DNA of 64,000 nucleotides from Nitrospirales bacterium (GTDB taxonomy: Bacteria; Nitrospirota; Nitrospiria; Nitrospirales; UBA8639). Within the stretch, counting starts at the first letter, position 1, and the number at the start of each line of letters is the position of its first letter. The DNA lies in NCBI GenBank assembly GCA_963555755.3, contig OY820905.2, forward strand, positions 1,056,001 to 1,120,000, read 5' to 3'. Made by a program: the position numbers and the translations under genes. Positions 43,901 through 54,227 of the stretch are shown here, one piece after another. The notes beneath the pieces are model-generated. The model saw only the letters and a list, made by a program, of their open reading frames with translations, searched no databases and had not been told where the DNA came from.

Positions 43901-44983
43901 AGCGATCGTCGCTAGTCGGTATGCCAAAGAGGTCATAGGTGTGGACGTCAACCCGAGAGCGATACGCTTTTCAAGATTTAATGCCCAATTAAACGGCATT
44001 GAGAATGTCACATTTCTGAAAGGCAATCTCTATGATGCCGTACATGGCAGGTCTTTCGATGGTATTTTAGCCAATCCTCCCTTTGTTCCTAGTCCTGTTT
44101 ATGATTTGGGATTTAGAGACGGCGGTCGGCAGGGAGAGGAAATTCTTGCCCAAATCATTTCGAATGCCTCACAACACTTACGTCCTCTTGGAAAATTACA
44201 TATTGTTTCCGATTTGGTGGATCTGAATAACTATGAGTCGAAATTGAGTCACTGGTGGAAGGGTGGTCCGGCACAAACACTGATTCTTCATACGGCGGAT
44301 CGGAACGAGGTATTGTTTTCCGTCCCGCACAGTCACGCGCCGTTTGGTCAAGACTTCAAGAGTTACAATCAAGAAATAGAACGCTGGATAAACAACTTTC
44401 GACGAGCGAGACTCACTGCCGTGAATTTCGGATATATCCTCATCCACCGCCTTCTCGACACCACAGCAGGGAGTTATAAGACCCGCGTGATAAGCAGTCC
44501 TCTGAAACCGATTCACGAGCAAGTGAAACAATACTTTGAGCAGCAAGCCTTATTACGTCGTCCCGATTGTAGTCAACTCTTTCTGAGTCTGAACCAGCAA
44601 ATGGTTTTTTGCACAAAATTCCAATACGGAATCACCTGTCACCAGGTCGAATTGTGTGCCCCGGATAATCCCTATTTTACAACGTATGTGTTAACGGACT
44701 CCTTACTTGAGTTGGTCAAAGAGATTGCACGTCATCAGCCTCGGCTTGGCCTTTTCCTGGCCGGCGATCACTGTGAATGTATCCTCGATCTCATCAATAA
44801 GGGTATTCTGTTGCTTGGACCTAGGCCCCACCCCCACATGATCCAGGAGGACTGGAACGGTCATGGCCAACATTCCCTGACCGCATGGGCCCCTCGGGGG
44901 ACCATATGCCTTCCATGCAGTCTATTCAAGAGTTAGCCTCCAAAACGACTCCTACTTGCTTATCCTCCTATCTCAAAGTATAA
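40998..44983 (+). pseudogene. Disrupted CmcH/NodU-type carbamoyltransferase fused to a class I SAM methyltransferase
   Basis: ORFs at 40998, 41943 and 42996 share one frame: HHLAHAYSA, VVDGSG, GKLMGLAPYG, GGVALN, PAAGDSG, EYGPRALG, KFREAFRPFAP, LNTSFN, then LDLCTGSG and ANPPF. Interrupted by a MITE (41664-41826) and TAA (42981-42983); possible 3' frameshift. Confidence 0.82.
41664..41826. mobile_element. 163-bp MITE family A inside the carbamoyltransferase gene
   Basis: 5-bp TSD CTAAA at 41659-41663 and 41827-41831; removing it restores IHTKANSYSLAISAYDIFLE. Confidence 0.92.
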
Positions 44984-45018
44984 GGCGGGTGAATGGCGTG
45001 TAAACGGAGAAAATCGAC

Positions 45019-47229
45019 ATGGACCCTCAAAAAACCGCCCTGATACTCATCGGGTATCAAAATGAATATTTCTCGGCTGAGGGAGTCTTACGTGAGGCCA
45101 TTGAGGCTTCATCCCAGGCCACACAAATTTTGGCGAATACTTGTTATCTGGTGGACGAACTCAGGGACACTCCCGTCTTGCTCATTACCACCCCGATCGT
45201 GTTTGCCCCTGACTACCGGGAATTGGTTGATCCCATCGGAATTTTAAAATCCATCAAAGAGGCGGGCGCCTTTCAAGCCGGCACCATTGGTGCAGAGACC
45301 ATCCCGGAATTGAAAGCCTACGGGGAACGAATTGTGGAAATTTCTGGCAAGTTCGGGCTGAACGCATTTTCTAATACAAACCTTGCGTCCCTACTCCGGG
45401 CCCACGATATCACGGAAGTGGTGATTGCGGGGGTCGTCACCTCCATTTGTGTCGACTCAACGGCACGTTCTGCCGTCGAACTGGGTTTCAAAACCACCAT
45501 CCTCTCGGATTGCACCTCGGGTCGCAGTGTGTATGAACAAGATTTTTTCTGTGAGAATATATTTCCTCTTTATGCCAACGTGGTGGATCATAAGGCCTTA
45601 TTACACACGCTGAGCTTTTCCAGAACGAACTCTTCTCACCTCCCAAGCCGAGGGGACATTCAAGCCCAAATCAGTCACCGCCTGTTTGAAGAATTGGCGG
45701 CAACCGAACAACGGTATCGAACTTTGGTGGAAATACGAAACGTCGTTTTTAAATACGATCAACATGGCTGTTTGACCTTCGTCAATCCCGCTTGGGAGGA
45801 TTTGCTGGGGTACCCGATAGAGGATACGCTCGGCCGTCCTCTCACCGATTTTTTATGCGAAGAAGATCGGGAAAAGGGGCTGGCCCTCGTGACCATAGGT
45901 CCTCAAACACCAAAAAGTCGATCTGATAAGCTACGCTTTTGTCATAGTCGGGGTCATGCCCGCTGGTTTGATGTCTCTCTCAGCTTGAGTGATGATGGGG
46001 AAGGCGTTGGGTTACTTTACGATATTACCGAGCAACAGGCGGAAGAAGAACAATTACAGCATACCCTTCGCAGGACCAAGGCCATTGCCAAATCCACGTC
46101 TGATTTTCTCTCGACCATGAGTCACGAGATCCGAACCCCGATGAATGGGGTCCTCGGCATGACGGAGTTGTTATTAACCACCGAGCTTAATGAAAAACAA
46201 AAACAATATGTCGAGGCCATCAGTGTCAGCGGTGAATTTCTCCTCGCACTCCTGGACGATATTCTAGACCTCTCCAAACTGGAATCGGGCAAAATGTCCC
46301 TGAAGCGTCAACCGCTGAACATTCCTCATATGATGAAATCGTTGTACGAACTCTTCCTTCCTGAAACCACCGCGAAAGGACTTCGTCTAGACTTTGTGAT
46401 CAAGGATGATGTCCCTGTCGAGATACAGGGCGATATCACAAGACTTCGGCAAATCTTGATCAATCTGATCGGGAATGCGGTAAAATTTACCGATCGTGGG
46501 GAGGTTGAGATTTCCATCCACAAGACATCCCAAGCCATGCAAACGTTGACCTTACTTTTTTCCGTGAAAGACACGGGCATCGGGATCTCTCCAGAAAAGC
46601 AATTCACCTTATTCGAAGCGTTCACCCAAGTCGTTCCATCCACGGCACGGGAATACGGTGGAACAGGCTTGGGATTGAACATTTGTTCCAAGCTCGTCAC
46701 TCTCATGAATGGGAGGATATGGGTCGAGAGTCAGGCCGGCCAAGGAACCACGGTCTCCTTTACCATCAAGACCAAGGCACTTACTGAGAAGTCATCGGAT
46801 AAGATGGGTCAAGAGACATCCCCGCGTCTTGATCCACAGCTTGCGACACATTTTCCCGCGCGCATCCTCGTGGCGGAAGATGACCCTATTAATCAGCAGG
46901 TTATCATTGACATGCTGGCTGCAATGGGCTACCGGGCGGATATTGTCGAAACCGGCATCGACGTCGTGAAAAGATTGAACACTCACCAGTACGATGTCAT
47001 TTTCATGGATATCAAACTGCCGGAGATGGATGGGATCCAAACTACGCAACACATCTTTAAAATCATGCCGCCGGAAAGGCGTCCGTGGATTATTGCCCTC
47101 ACCGCCAATGTTCTTCAAGAAAATCGGGAACGATGCCTCGCGATCGGGATGTCCGACTTTATTACCAAACCCATTAACCCAAGGGCCTTACAATCCGCCT
47201 TAACCCGCCGGGGTACGCAAGTGACCTAG
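45019..47229 (+). CDS. Hybrid sensor kinase: isochorismatase/cysteine hydrolase fold - PAS - HisKA - HATPase - REC
   Basis: KTALILIGYQNEYF, GVVTSICVDSTARSA; FVNPAWEDLLGY; MSHEIRTPMNG; NLIGNAVKFT, DTGIG, GGTGLGL; FMDIKLPEMDG. Confidence 0.92.
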   Translation: MDPQKTALILIGYQNEYFSAEGVLREAIEASSQATQILANTCYLVDELRDTPVLLITTPIVFAPDYRELVDPIGILKSIKEAGAFQAGTIGAETIPELKAYGERIVEISGKFGLNAFSNTNLASLLRAHDITEVVIAGVVTSICVDSTARSAVELGFKTTILSDCTSGRSVYEQDFFCENIFPLYANVVDHKALLHTLSFSRTNSSHLPSRGDIQAQISHRLFEELAATEQRYRTLVEIRNVVFKYDQHGCLTFVNPAWEDLLGYPIEDTLGRPLTDFLCEEDREKGLALVTIGPQTPKSRSDKLRFCHSRGHARWFDVSLSLSDDGEGVGLLYDITEQQAEEEQLQHTLRRTKAIAKSTSDFLSTMSHEIRTPMNGVLGMTELLLTTELNEKQKQYVEAISVSGEFLLALLDDILDLSKLESGKMSLKRQPLNIPHMMKSLYELFLPETTAKGLRLDFVIKDDVPVEIQGDITRLRQILINLIGNAVKFTDRGEVEISIHKTSQAMQTLTLLFSVKDTGIGISPEKQFTLFEAFTQVVPSTAREYGGTGLGLNICSKLVTLMNGRIWVESQAGQGTTVSFTIKTKALTEKSSDKMGQETSPRLDPQLATHFPARILVAEDDPINQQVIIDMLAAMGYRADIVETGIDVVKRLNTHQYDVIFMDIKLPEMDGIQTTQHIFKIMPPERRPWIIALTANVLQENRERCLAIGMSDFITKPINPRALQSALTRRGTQVT

Positions 47230-47446
47230 GGATTGTCTTTTCTCTGTTAAGGTCAGGATTGGGGGGGATTTGGGGTCAATTACGGTGTTTTCTCTCAGAC
47301 ACTATTCTACACGAATCATCGGCTGTTTCCAGGGATTGTTCACCAGGCAGGCGGAGGATTCACCACCGCAAAATTGAGAAAACTCTCGTGCTCATAACAA
47401 TTTGAAGATCCAAACACCGGCTTCACTCGATCATTAAACCCAATTC

Positions 47447-47860
47447 TCATGCTTCGGGAAATGGTCCTGAGACAGCAGGAAGCTTTCGAATCTTGGTTAC
47501 ACAATCGGCATAGAGAAACACAACGCCACCAACTTTTAATACGCTCTTTTTAGGTATTTCCCGGACCACCGGGCCTAGGGCAATGTCCGTTCGGAAATTG
47601 ACTACAGCCTTACAGGCATTACGTCCTTCTTTGACAAACGAATATTCCGAATCCCTAATGAGTACCCCAGAGATACCTTCAACCTGTAATTTCCTAGGCC
47701 CCGGAACTACCTCCCAAATTTCATACCCAGGAATCTCCGACCGCACAAAAGCTCCTAGATATTCTCCCTGGCTGGAACTCTTTTCTTGGACAACCGACCC
47801 ACCTCCAGATGAAACCAAGCAATAACTAAAAATTAAGAGGCCTCCTAAAATTTTTCGCAT
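47447..47860 (-). CDS. Hypothetical exported protein
   Basis: 137-aa ORF with signal-like N-terminus and GAGGG upstream; no recognised domain. Confidence 0.45.
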   Translation of the reverse strand: MRKILGGLLIFSYCLVSSGGGSVVQEKSSSQGEYLGAFVRSEIPGYEIWEVVPGPRKLQVEGISGVLIRDSEYSFVKEGRNACKAVVNFRTDIALGPVVREIPKKSVLKVGGVVFLYADCVTKIRKLPAVSGPFPEA

Positions 47861-48002
47861 AGCACCCTCTTTTGGGGATAAAACCTAAACTTGGCCGGAA
47901 GGGGGGGAGGGGAGATTTTCCCAAAGGAGGAATGAAGGGCCATTCCCAACCCTGACGCCATAAGGAGGCGAAGCGCTGCGTTGCCGTGAACGAACCCTTC
48001 AA

Positions 48003-48942
48003 CCTAGAAACAGCAGTTGGATCACAAAAGTCGGCGCAAGCTCTTAGGACCTACGAGAAAATAACTTGATCAATATCGCATCCAATCTTCGGGCCATCTT
48101 GGAACCTAGAAACAGCAGTTGGATCACAAAAGTCCGCGCAAGCTCTTGGCGCACCTGATAAAATACAAAAATGTCTCATCACCACCGAGGTGACCACGAC
48201 TTTTTGTATTTCACCATGCACCCCAATGTCTTACACGGCTTTTTTGCGCCCAACTGCTGTTTCTAGGTTGAACGGGCCTCAATCGAAAAACCCTCACCAT
48301 AGCTGTGCTATGCCTCGAGTGTTTCTCAATCGTTTCGTCCAAATCCGACCCAAATCTTGGCGCGATATTGATCAAGTTATTTTCTCGCAGGTCCTCAGGG
48401 CTCGCGCAAGAATAACTTCCCATTTTGGGGTGACGAGACACCTGTCTGGCAAGGCGCGAGGACTGCGCATACTCTTGGTATGTAAGGGACGAGCAACGCC
48501 GCCAGACAGGATGGATCGACGCTCAAAGATGGGAAGTTATTCTTGCGCGAGCCCTTAGGGTCCGTCACGAAATAACCGGGACAATTGGCCGAGACGATTT
48601 TGGAGCGAGCCAAGGAGCGAAGAGCGCGCATACCGGGAGTATGGAAGCGATGAGCGACGCCGGCGGAGCCCAAAAGCGTCCGGCCCTCCGGGGAGGCCCA
48701 TCTTTGGCCCGGGGCGGCGTTGCTCCTCGGTCACAGAGCCCCGCTCTGCTCCCTCGTCGCGCCTTGCCCCGATCACAAATCTGGGCCTCCCAATTGTCCC
48801 GGTTATTTCGTGACGGACCCTTAGCGCACCTGGCAAAATACAAAAATGTCTCATCACCAGAGAGGTGACCACGACTTTTTGTATTTCACGATGCGCACCA
48901 ATATCTTACGCGTCTTTTTTGCGCCCAACTGCCGTTTCTAGG
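48003..48942. mobile_element. Nested MITE cluster: outer A containing B (with inner A), C and D
   Basis: Outer A with TSD TTCAA; B 48047-48394 with inner A 48105-48267; C 48398-48554; D 48558-48820 (TIR GGGTCCGTCACGAAATAACCGGGACAATTGG); joined by TTA/TCA trinucleotides. Confidence 0.85.
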
Positions 48943-49387
48943 TTCAACAAGGTGGTGATCGTACTACACAGCCGGCACCATCGGCAGGCCATGCGTGTGC
49001 GCCCGCTGCCGCAGTTTCCGCGCCCCCCCACGCCGGATGCCATTGCCGTTCCGCCACAAGATACTGTCGCGTGGGCTCCGGCACCTGATAGTGTACCCGC
49101 TCTGCGGGCGGCGCGACCGATCCGCCAGCCCCGCCGTACCTTCGGCGCGAAACCGCTGCACCCATTTGTAGCCCGTCTTCCGACTAAGCTGAAACCGTCG
49201 ACACAATTCCGTCATCGAAATCTTCTGACTTTCGATCAAGTGAATCAATTCTTCCCGCAACGACATGCGATCCCTTTCAGACCAGGGCATACTGACCTCC
49301 TTGGATGGAGGTGGCAGCATGCCACAGAAGCCAAAAGTGTTACCCATGTCGCCGGTACAACTGTTACCCATGTCTATAGTCTATACA
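48943..49387 (-). pseudogene. IS481 family remnant (left end plus 5' transposase fragment)
   Basis: MPWSERDRMSLREE...ELCRRFQLSRKTGYKWVQRF..EG..GLADRSRRP from ATG 49290; TGT terminus with repeated TGTTACCCATGT boxes. Confidence 0.8.
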
Positions 49388-49437
49388 ATGGCACAGCAAG
49401 ACCGGCCTCTCCAGTGATCCTTCCAGGTGTCGTTGAA

Positions 49438-49603
49438 CCTAAAAACGGCAGTTGGACATCTCAGGTCCCTTCGACTGCCGCGGGGGCCGCGGCGCTCAGG
49501 GCGAACGGACTCTCACCCAACGGGTGACGACCACGGCACCCCGTTCGTGCTGAGGCTCTCGAAGCATGAACGGGAGAGCTGCCATGTAACTGCCGTTTTT
49601 AGG
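49438..49603. mobile_element. 166-bp MITE family E (family A-type ends, different interior)
   Basis: CCTAAAAACGGCAGTT / AACTGCCGTTTTTAGG; TSD TTGAA; related partial sequence near 26873-26967. Confidence 0.75.
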
Positions 49604-49811
49604 TTGAAACATTGATTGCCGACATTCTTTTGGGCGCGCAATGGGAATCTCTCAACAAAAGATTTGACCCTGTGTCGTGTGTCGAAGGGAAACAGCGAGG
49701 AGACCAGGCAATTTCAACAGTAGGGAATCATTGGTCAAAAGAAAACAGAAATCATTTAGGCATTAGGAAAGAAACCAGACTTTCAATCACATCCGGTACT
49801 TGAGGGCTAGC

Positions 49812-49926
49812 AAGCGAGATCTGGCTCATTCGATCAAATGAGCCGGAATTGCAGAAACTACGGGAGGCTGTGGATTGGAGTATTCGAGAAGTTCGTCAGG
49901 GAGGGCATACTGGAGACTATTCCTAA
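49812..49926 (+). repeat. Displaced 3' end of the HEAT repeat gene (attR-like)
   Basis: Encodes SEIWLIRSNEPELQKLREAVDWSIREVRQGGHTGDYS*; 65-bp core identical to 35642-35706. Confidence 0.88.
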
Positions 49927-50283
49927 TGTACCCAGACCCCTCCCCAGCCCCTCCCCTTCGCACCATTCGAACATAATTTCTCACCATTTTTGACTAAACT
50001 GGAAAACCCCATTTCCTCGTTTTCTGGACATAATTCCTTGGCTTTGCAGAAACATGACTATCTTTTAAGAAACAATTATGGTACAAATAAGGATCTTTTG
50101 GCGCCGGGGGTCTGGCGGTTAAAAGGTTCGTGAATAAGACCCGTAACCGATGTTGTTTTGCCGAGGAGTTCATTCGGAAGTCAGCCCAGAGTCGCCTCAA
50201 GTTCGCGCCCTCGGACCCTACCTTCCAAACGTTCGATTTTCCCCAGTTCAAGACAATGTCATGATTTTCAAAGGAGGAACCAC

Positions 50284-50619
<336 letters not shown>

Positions 50620-50644
50620 GCATCACCATGTAGTCTATACATGA

Positions 50645-50687
50645 GCGGGGTGGCTTGTTAGGAAAGCAGGCCACCCCGTTTTTTTTT
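50645..50687 (+). terminator. Rho-independent terminator
   Basis: CGGGGTGGC(T)TG...CAGGCCACCCCG followed by T9. Confidence 0.8.
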
Positions 50688-50709
50688 CAAAAAAGGACTG
50701 TGGAACTTT

Positions 50710-51534
50710 CTAGTGTGGCAAAACGGAGTCCATAAACGCTTGAATCCATTTCCAGTACTCCCCACCCGCCCGTTGGATGAGATCATTGTGTCCAGCGCCA
50801 GGAATGGTCTTCCAGGTTTTTGGAGAACGACATTGATCAAACAATTTTCGCCCCAAGCCTATGGGAACAATGTCGTCCTGCTCTCCATGAATAAATAGCA
50901 TCGGCGCGGTGATACGCGGAATTTTTTCTATGGAAAAGAACGGTTCTCCTGTTAACCAAGCCAGCCACGACAGTCCCTGTTCACGAGCCATATCCCGCCC
51001 AGAAGAAAAGGAAGAAACGAGTACCAATCCCGCCAAAGACCTATCCTGGGCAATCTCAATGGCCACAGCAGCACCCAGTGACCGCCCCAAAATCATCGTG
51101 CGATTAGGAGGGAATCCAAATTTGGATTCTAGATACTCTAATGCCGATTGCCCATCAACATAGAGTCCCTGTTCACTTGGTGTTCCCTCACTCATTCCAT
51201 ACCCCCGATAGCTCAGCAAAAAAACATTCGTGCCAAGATTAGCGAGGCGAACGGCATCTGGAAGCCGATGAGAGGCATTCCCTGCATTTCCATGGAGAAA
51301 CAGCACGACCCGATCTGACGCTGACCGAGGGACAAAAAACCCTTGGAGTGTTACGCCATCGGAAGAATCAAAAAAGACTTCTTGAATAGTCGGGTCCACA
51401 TCGCGAGGATTCACTTGATTGCCAGGTACAGGATGAAAAGAAAAGAAATTCACGAGCCAATCGAATGGCCCAATGAAAGTGAGGACTAGCATATTGGCGA
51501 AAATGATTGATCCTACGGTGAGCAAAATTTTCAT
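50710..51534 (-). CDS. Alpha/beta hydrolase
   Basis: HGNAGN, YRGYG.SEG.PSE, GRSLG, HGEQDDIVP, GAGHND. Confidence 0.9.
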   Translation of the reverse strand: MKILLTVGSIIFANMLVLTFIGPFDWLVNFFSFHPVPGNQVNPRDVDPTIQEVFFDSSDGVTLQGFFVPRSASDRVVLFLHGNAGNASHRLPDAVRLANLGTNVFLLSYRGYGMSEGTPSEQGLYVDGQSALEYLESKFGFPPNRTMILGRSLGAAVAIEIAQDRSLAGLVLVSSFSSGRDMAREQGLSWLAWLTGEPFFSIEKIPRITAPMLFIHGEQDDIVPIGLGRKLFDQCRSPKTWKTIPGAGHNDLIQRAGGEYWKWIQAFMDSVLPH

Positions 51535-51817
51535 GCCACTCTTTTCCGATGCATTCTCGGGAAATCACAAAGATCAAGGGATTCGTCACAACACAATAGT
51601 CAACCTAGAACGGGCAGCTGGTCACAAAACAGCTGTTTCTAGGTTTAAACTCCTCGCCTCCCCCCATTTACCTCTTGTTTCTATATCGTGCGGAAGTAAG
51701 AGAATAATGCCAATTCCAATACCGGAGGACATTGTCTAAACAGAGAACTTTTAGGATTCACACGATTCGTATTGAGGATTTAGGGATCGGGTAGGAAAAC
51801 CGCCAGATTTTTTTCAA

Positions 51818-52139
51818 CCTAGAAACGACAGTTGGGCACAAAACAGCCGTGTAAGATATTGGTGTGCATGGTGAAATAAAAAAAGTCGTGGTCACCTTAG
51901 GGTTCGCGCAAGAATACCTTCCCCGGTTTGGGCGTCGATCCATCCCGCCTGGCGGCGTTGCTCGTCCTTTCCATACAGGAGTATGCGCAGTCCTCGCGCC
52001 TTGCCAGACAGGTGTCTCAGCACCCAAACCGGGGAAGGTATTCTTGCGCGAACCCTCCGTGGTGATGAGACATTTTTTTATTTGGCCAGGTGCGCCAAGA
52101 GCTTGCGCGGACTTTTGTGATCCAACTGCCGTTTCTAGG
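51818..52139. mobile_element. MITE family A with nested family C (51900-52055)
   Basis: TSD TTCAA; length 322 = 163 + 156 + 3. Confidence 0.85.
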
Positions 52140-52159
52140 TTCAAGGTGAGTGAGTTGGA

Positions 52160-52573
52160 TTAGCTTTTCAAACAGTCAGAGATGGTCTGAGCCAGTTCAG
52201 CACCTGAGGTGAGAGCCGTGGGCTTCCACCCAATGCCCAACCCTACCCCATCGTCTTCTTTGGGAATGATGTGAAAATGCACATAAAACACGGCTTGATG
52301 CGCGGAAGCCCCATTGTTTTGGAGAACATTATAATTCTTTGCCCCGGTGGCTTTAAGGACTGCTCGACACAGACGCGGTAACACTCGGCCAATGGCGGCG
52401 GCAGACTCATCGGATAGTTGATCTAGCGTTTCAGCTGGCTCTTTCGGGATGACCAAGGTATGGCCTTTGGATACGGGATTGATATCCAAAAAAGCGAACA
52501 CATGTTCATCCTCATACACCTTGTGACACGGAATGTCACCGTGAAGAATTTTCTGAAAAATCGTGTCACCCAT
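52160..52573 (-). CDS. HIT family protein
   Basis: TIFQKIL.GDIP, AFLDINP..KGHTLVIPK, HQAVFYVHFHIIP (first triad His is Tyr). Confidence 0.9.
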   Translation of the reverse strand: MGDTIFQKILHGDIPCHKVYEDEHVFAFLDINPVSKGHTLVIPKEPAETLDQLSDESAAAIGRVLPRLCRAVLKATGAKNYNVLQNNGASAHQAVFYVHFHIIPKEDDGVGLGIGWKPTALTSGAELAQTISDCLKS

Positions 52574-52768
52574 GAATGGCAGAATAAGCCAAACCGGATA
52601 TTCCTGGCAAGGGGAAATGCTTCATGTTTCCTTTTAACCCGTTCCATTGCCGTAAGTTATTGCAACTTACCCATAGTCTGAAAACCACTCAGCCAACACA
52701 CCAAACACTCCGATAAGAAAGAATAGAGTCCATGCTCAAATGAATCTCTTCCCAGAACAGCACAGAAT

Positions 52769-53371
52769 ATGCGCACATCTTCCTTTAGGGGAATCATCAT
52801 CGGAATGGCTGTAGCAATCGCAGGACTCGGAGCCATGGTTGGGTACGGTCTTGTTTCCTTTGGAACTGAAATGCAAAACCCTGAGGGAGCCCAAGAAATT
52901 CGAGAAGAACTCGAATCAAGAGGTTTGCTTGACATCTTTCTTGGAACTGACTCCAAACACACGAATGCTGAACACTACAACGATGATGAGATCATCATTC
53001 CAGCAACTCGAATGGGGGATCACCTCTTCGTCCATGCCGAACTCAACGACTACCGAGAAGTCACCCTTCTGGTTGACACGGGAGCAACGGATATTGCCAT
53101 TACCTCTGACATTGCCTTTGACTTAGGTCTTCTGGAATCCGAGTCACAAGAACACATGTACGAGACATCGAATGGTCAAAGCCAACGGTTTGTCACGCAA
53201 TTGGATTCTATAAGAATTGGTGATGCGGTCCAGCATCAGGTCCGAACCTCCTTCGGGAAGGCAAGGACCGGGCCTGGAGATGGACTCCTTGGAATGAGTT
53301 TTTTAAAATACTATTATGTGGATGTAGATCTTGAACGTGAGGAATTACGACTTCGCCCACGCGAGCGTTAA
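52769..53371 (+). CDS. Retropepsin-like (clan AA) aspartic protease, membrane anchored
   Basis: LLVDTGAT, LLGMSFL. Confidence 0.88.
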   Translation: MRTSSFRGIIIGMAVAIAGLGAMVGYGLVSFGTEMQNPEGAQEIREELESRGLLDIFLGTDSKHTNAEHYNDDEIIIPATRMGDHLFVHAELNDYREVTLLVDTGATDIAITSDIAFDLGLLESESQEHMYETSNGQSQRFVTQLDSIRIGDAVQHQVRTSFGKARTGPGDGLLGMSFLKYYYVDVDLEREELRLRPRER

Positions 53372-53436
53372 CATTTCGGTTGCCTCTCCCTCACCTGCCC
53401 AACCATCCGGGTGCCACCATACTCATACAGGGCTAA

Positions 53437-53941
53437 GGGCTTGTTAAAAAATGACTGGGACAACATCGCGCCTAGATTTGGGTCGGATTTGGACGTAACG
53501 ATTGAGAATAAGCCGAGGCATAGCACCGCTATGTTGAGGCGTTTTCGATTAAGGCGCGTTCAACCTAGAAACAGCAGTTGGGCGCAAAAAAGACGTGTAA
53601 GATATTGGTGTGCATCGTGAAAGAGAAAAAGTCGTGGTCACCTTTGTGGTGATGAGACATTTTTCTCTTTTGCGAGGTGCGCCAAGAGCTTGCGCGGACT
53701 TTTGTGATCCAACTGCTGTTTCTAGGTTCAAAGGTGGCCCGAAGATGGGATGGGATTTTGTCCCAGTTATTTTTAACAGGCCCTTAGGGTTCGCGCAAGA
53801 ATAACTTCCCCTGTTTGGGTGCTGAGACACCTGTCTGGCAAGGCGCGAGGACTGCGCATACTCCTTATGGAAAGGACGAGCAACGCCGCCAGACGGGATG
53901 GATCGACGTCCAAACAGGGGAAGTTATTCTTACGCGAACCC
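53437..53941. mobile_element. MITE cluster: B (53437-53783) with nested A (53564-53726), then C (53787-53941)
   Basis: A has TSD TTCAA; B and C are joined by TTA. Confidence 0.85.
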
Positions 53942-54227
53942 TAAGCACAGACTGTGGGCCGGTCACTGACCTTAGAGAAATATGAGCGAGCCACACCCGT
54001 ACATCAATGCACAGTGCATGCCCTCCCGGCAGTTCAATCAAGGCATATCAACCTTTCCCGGATGCAGATTCCACGCCCCCTGAATCCCCCAGTCTCTCCA
54101 TGATCCTGCATCCAACTTCGCTCACTATCGCCCTTACCCCTCTCGCAGCCTTGACAAGCTCACGAGACGTTGTGATAGAAATGAACGTTTATTAACGCTC
54201 CCCCAACGAAAACGAGGCTCATACCCT

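Noticed and set aside
31257..45620. Functional link between the chorismatase and the isochorismatase-fold kinase
   Set aside because: They lie in separate mobile units (composite transposon versus att-bounded island), and the folds are unrelated despite similar names.
47998..49527. Many short ORFs in the track (e.g. 48190, 48565, 48865; also 2310, 21949, 51758, 53549)
   Set aside because: They are translations of repeated MITE sequence, not independent genes.
35628..49926. Diversity-generating retroelement template/variable repeat pair
   Set aside because: Differences between the repeats are not adenine-specific, are mostly synonymous, and no reverse transcriptase gene is present.
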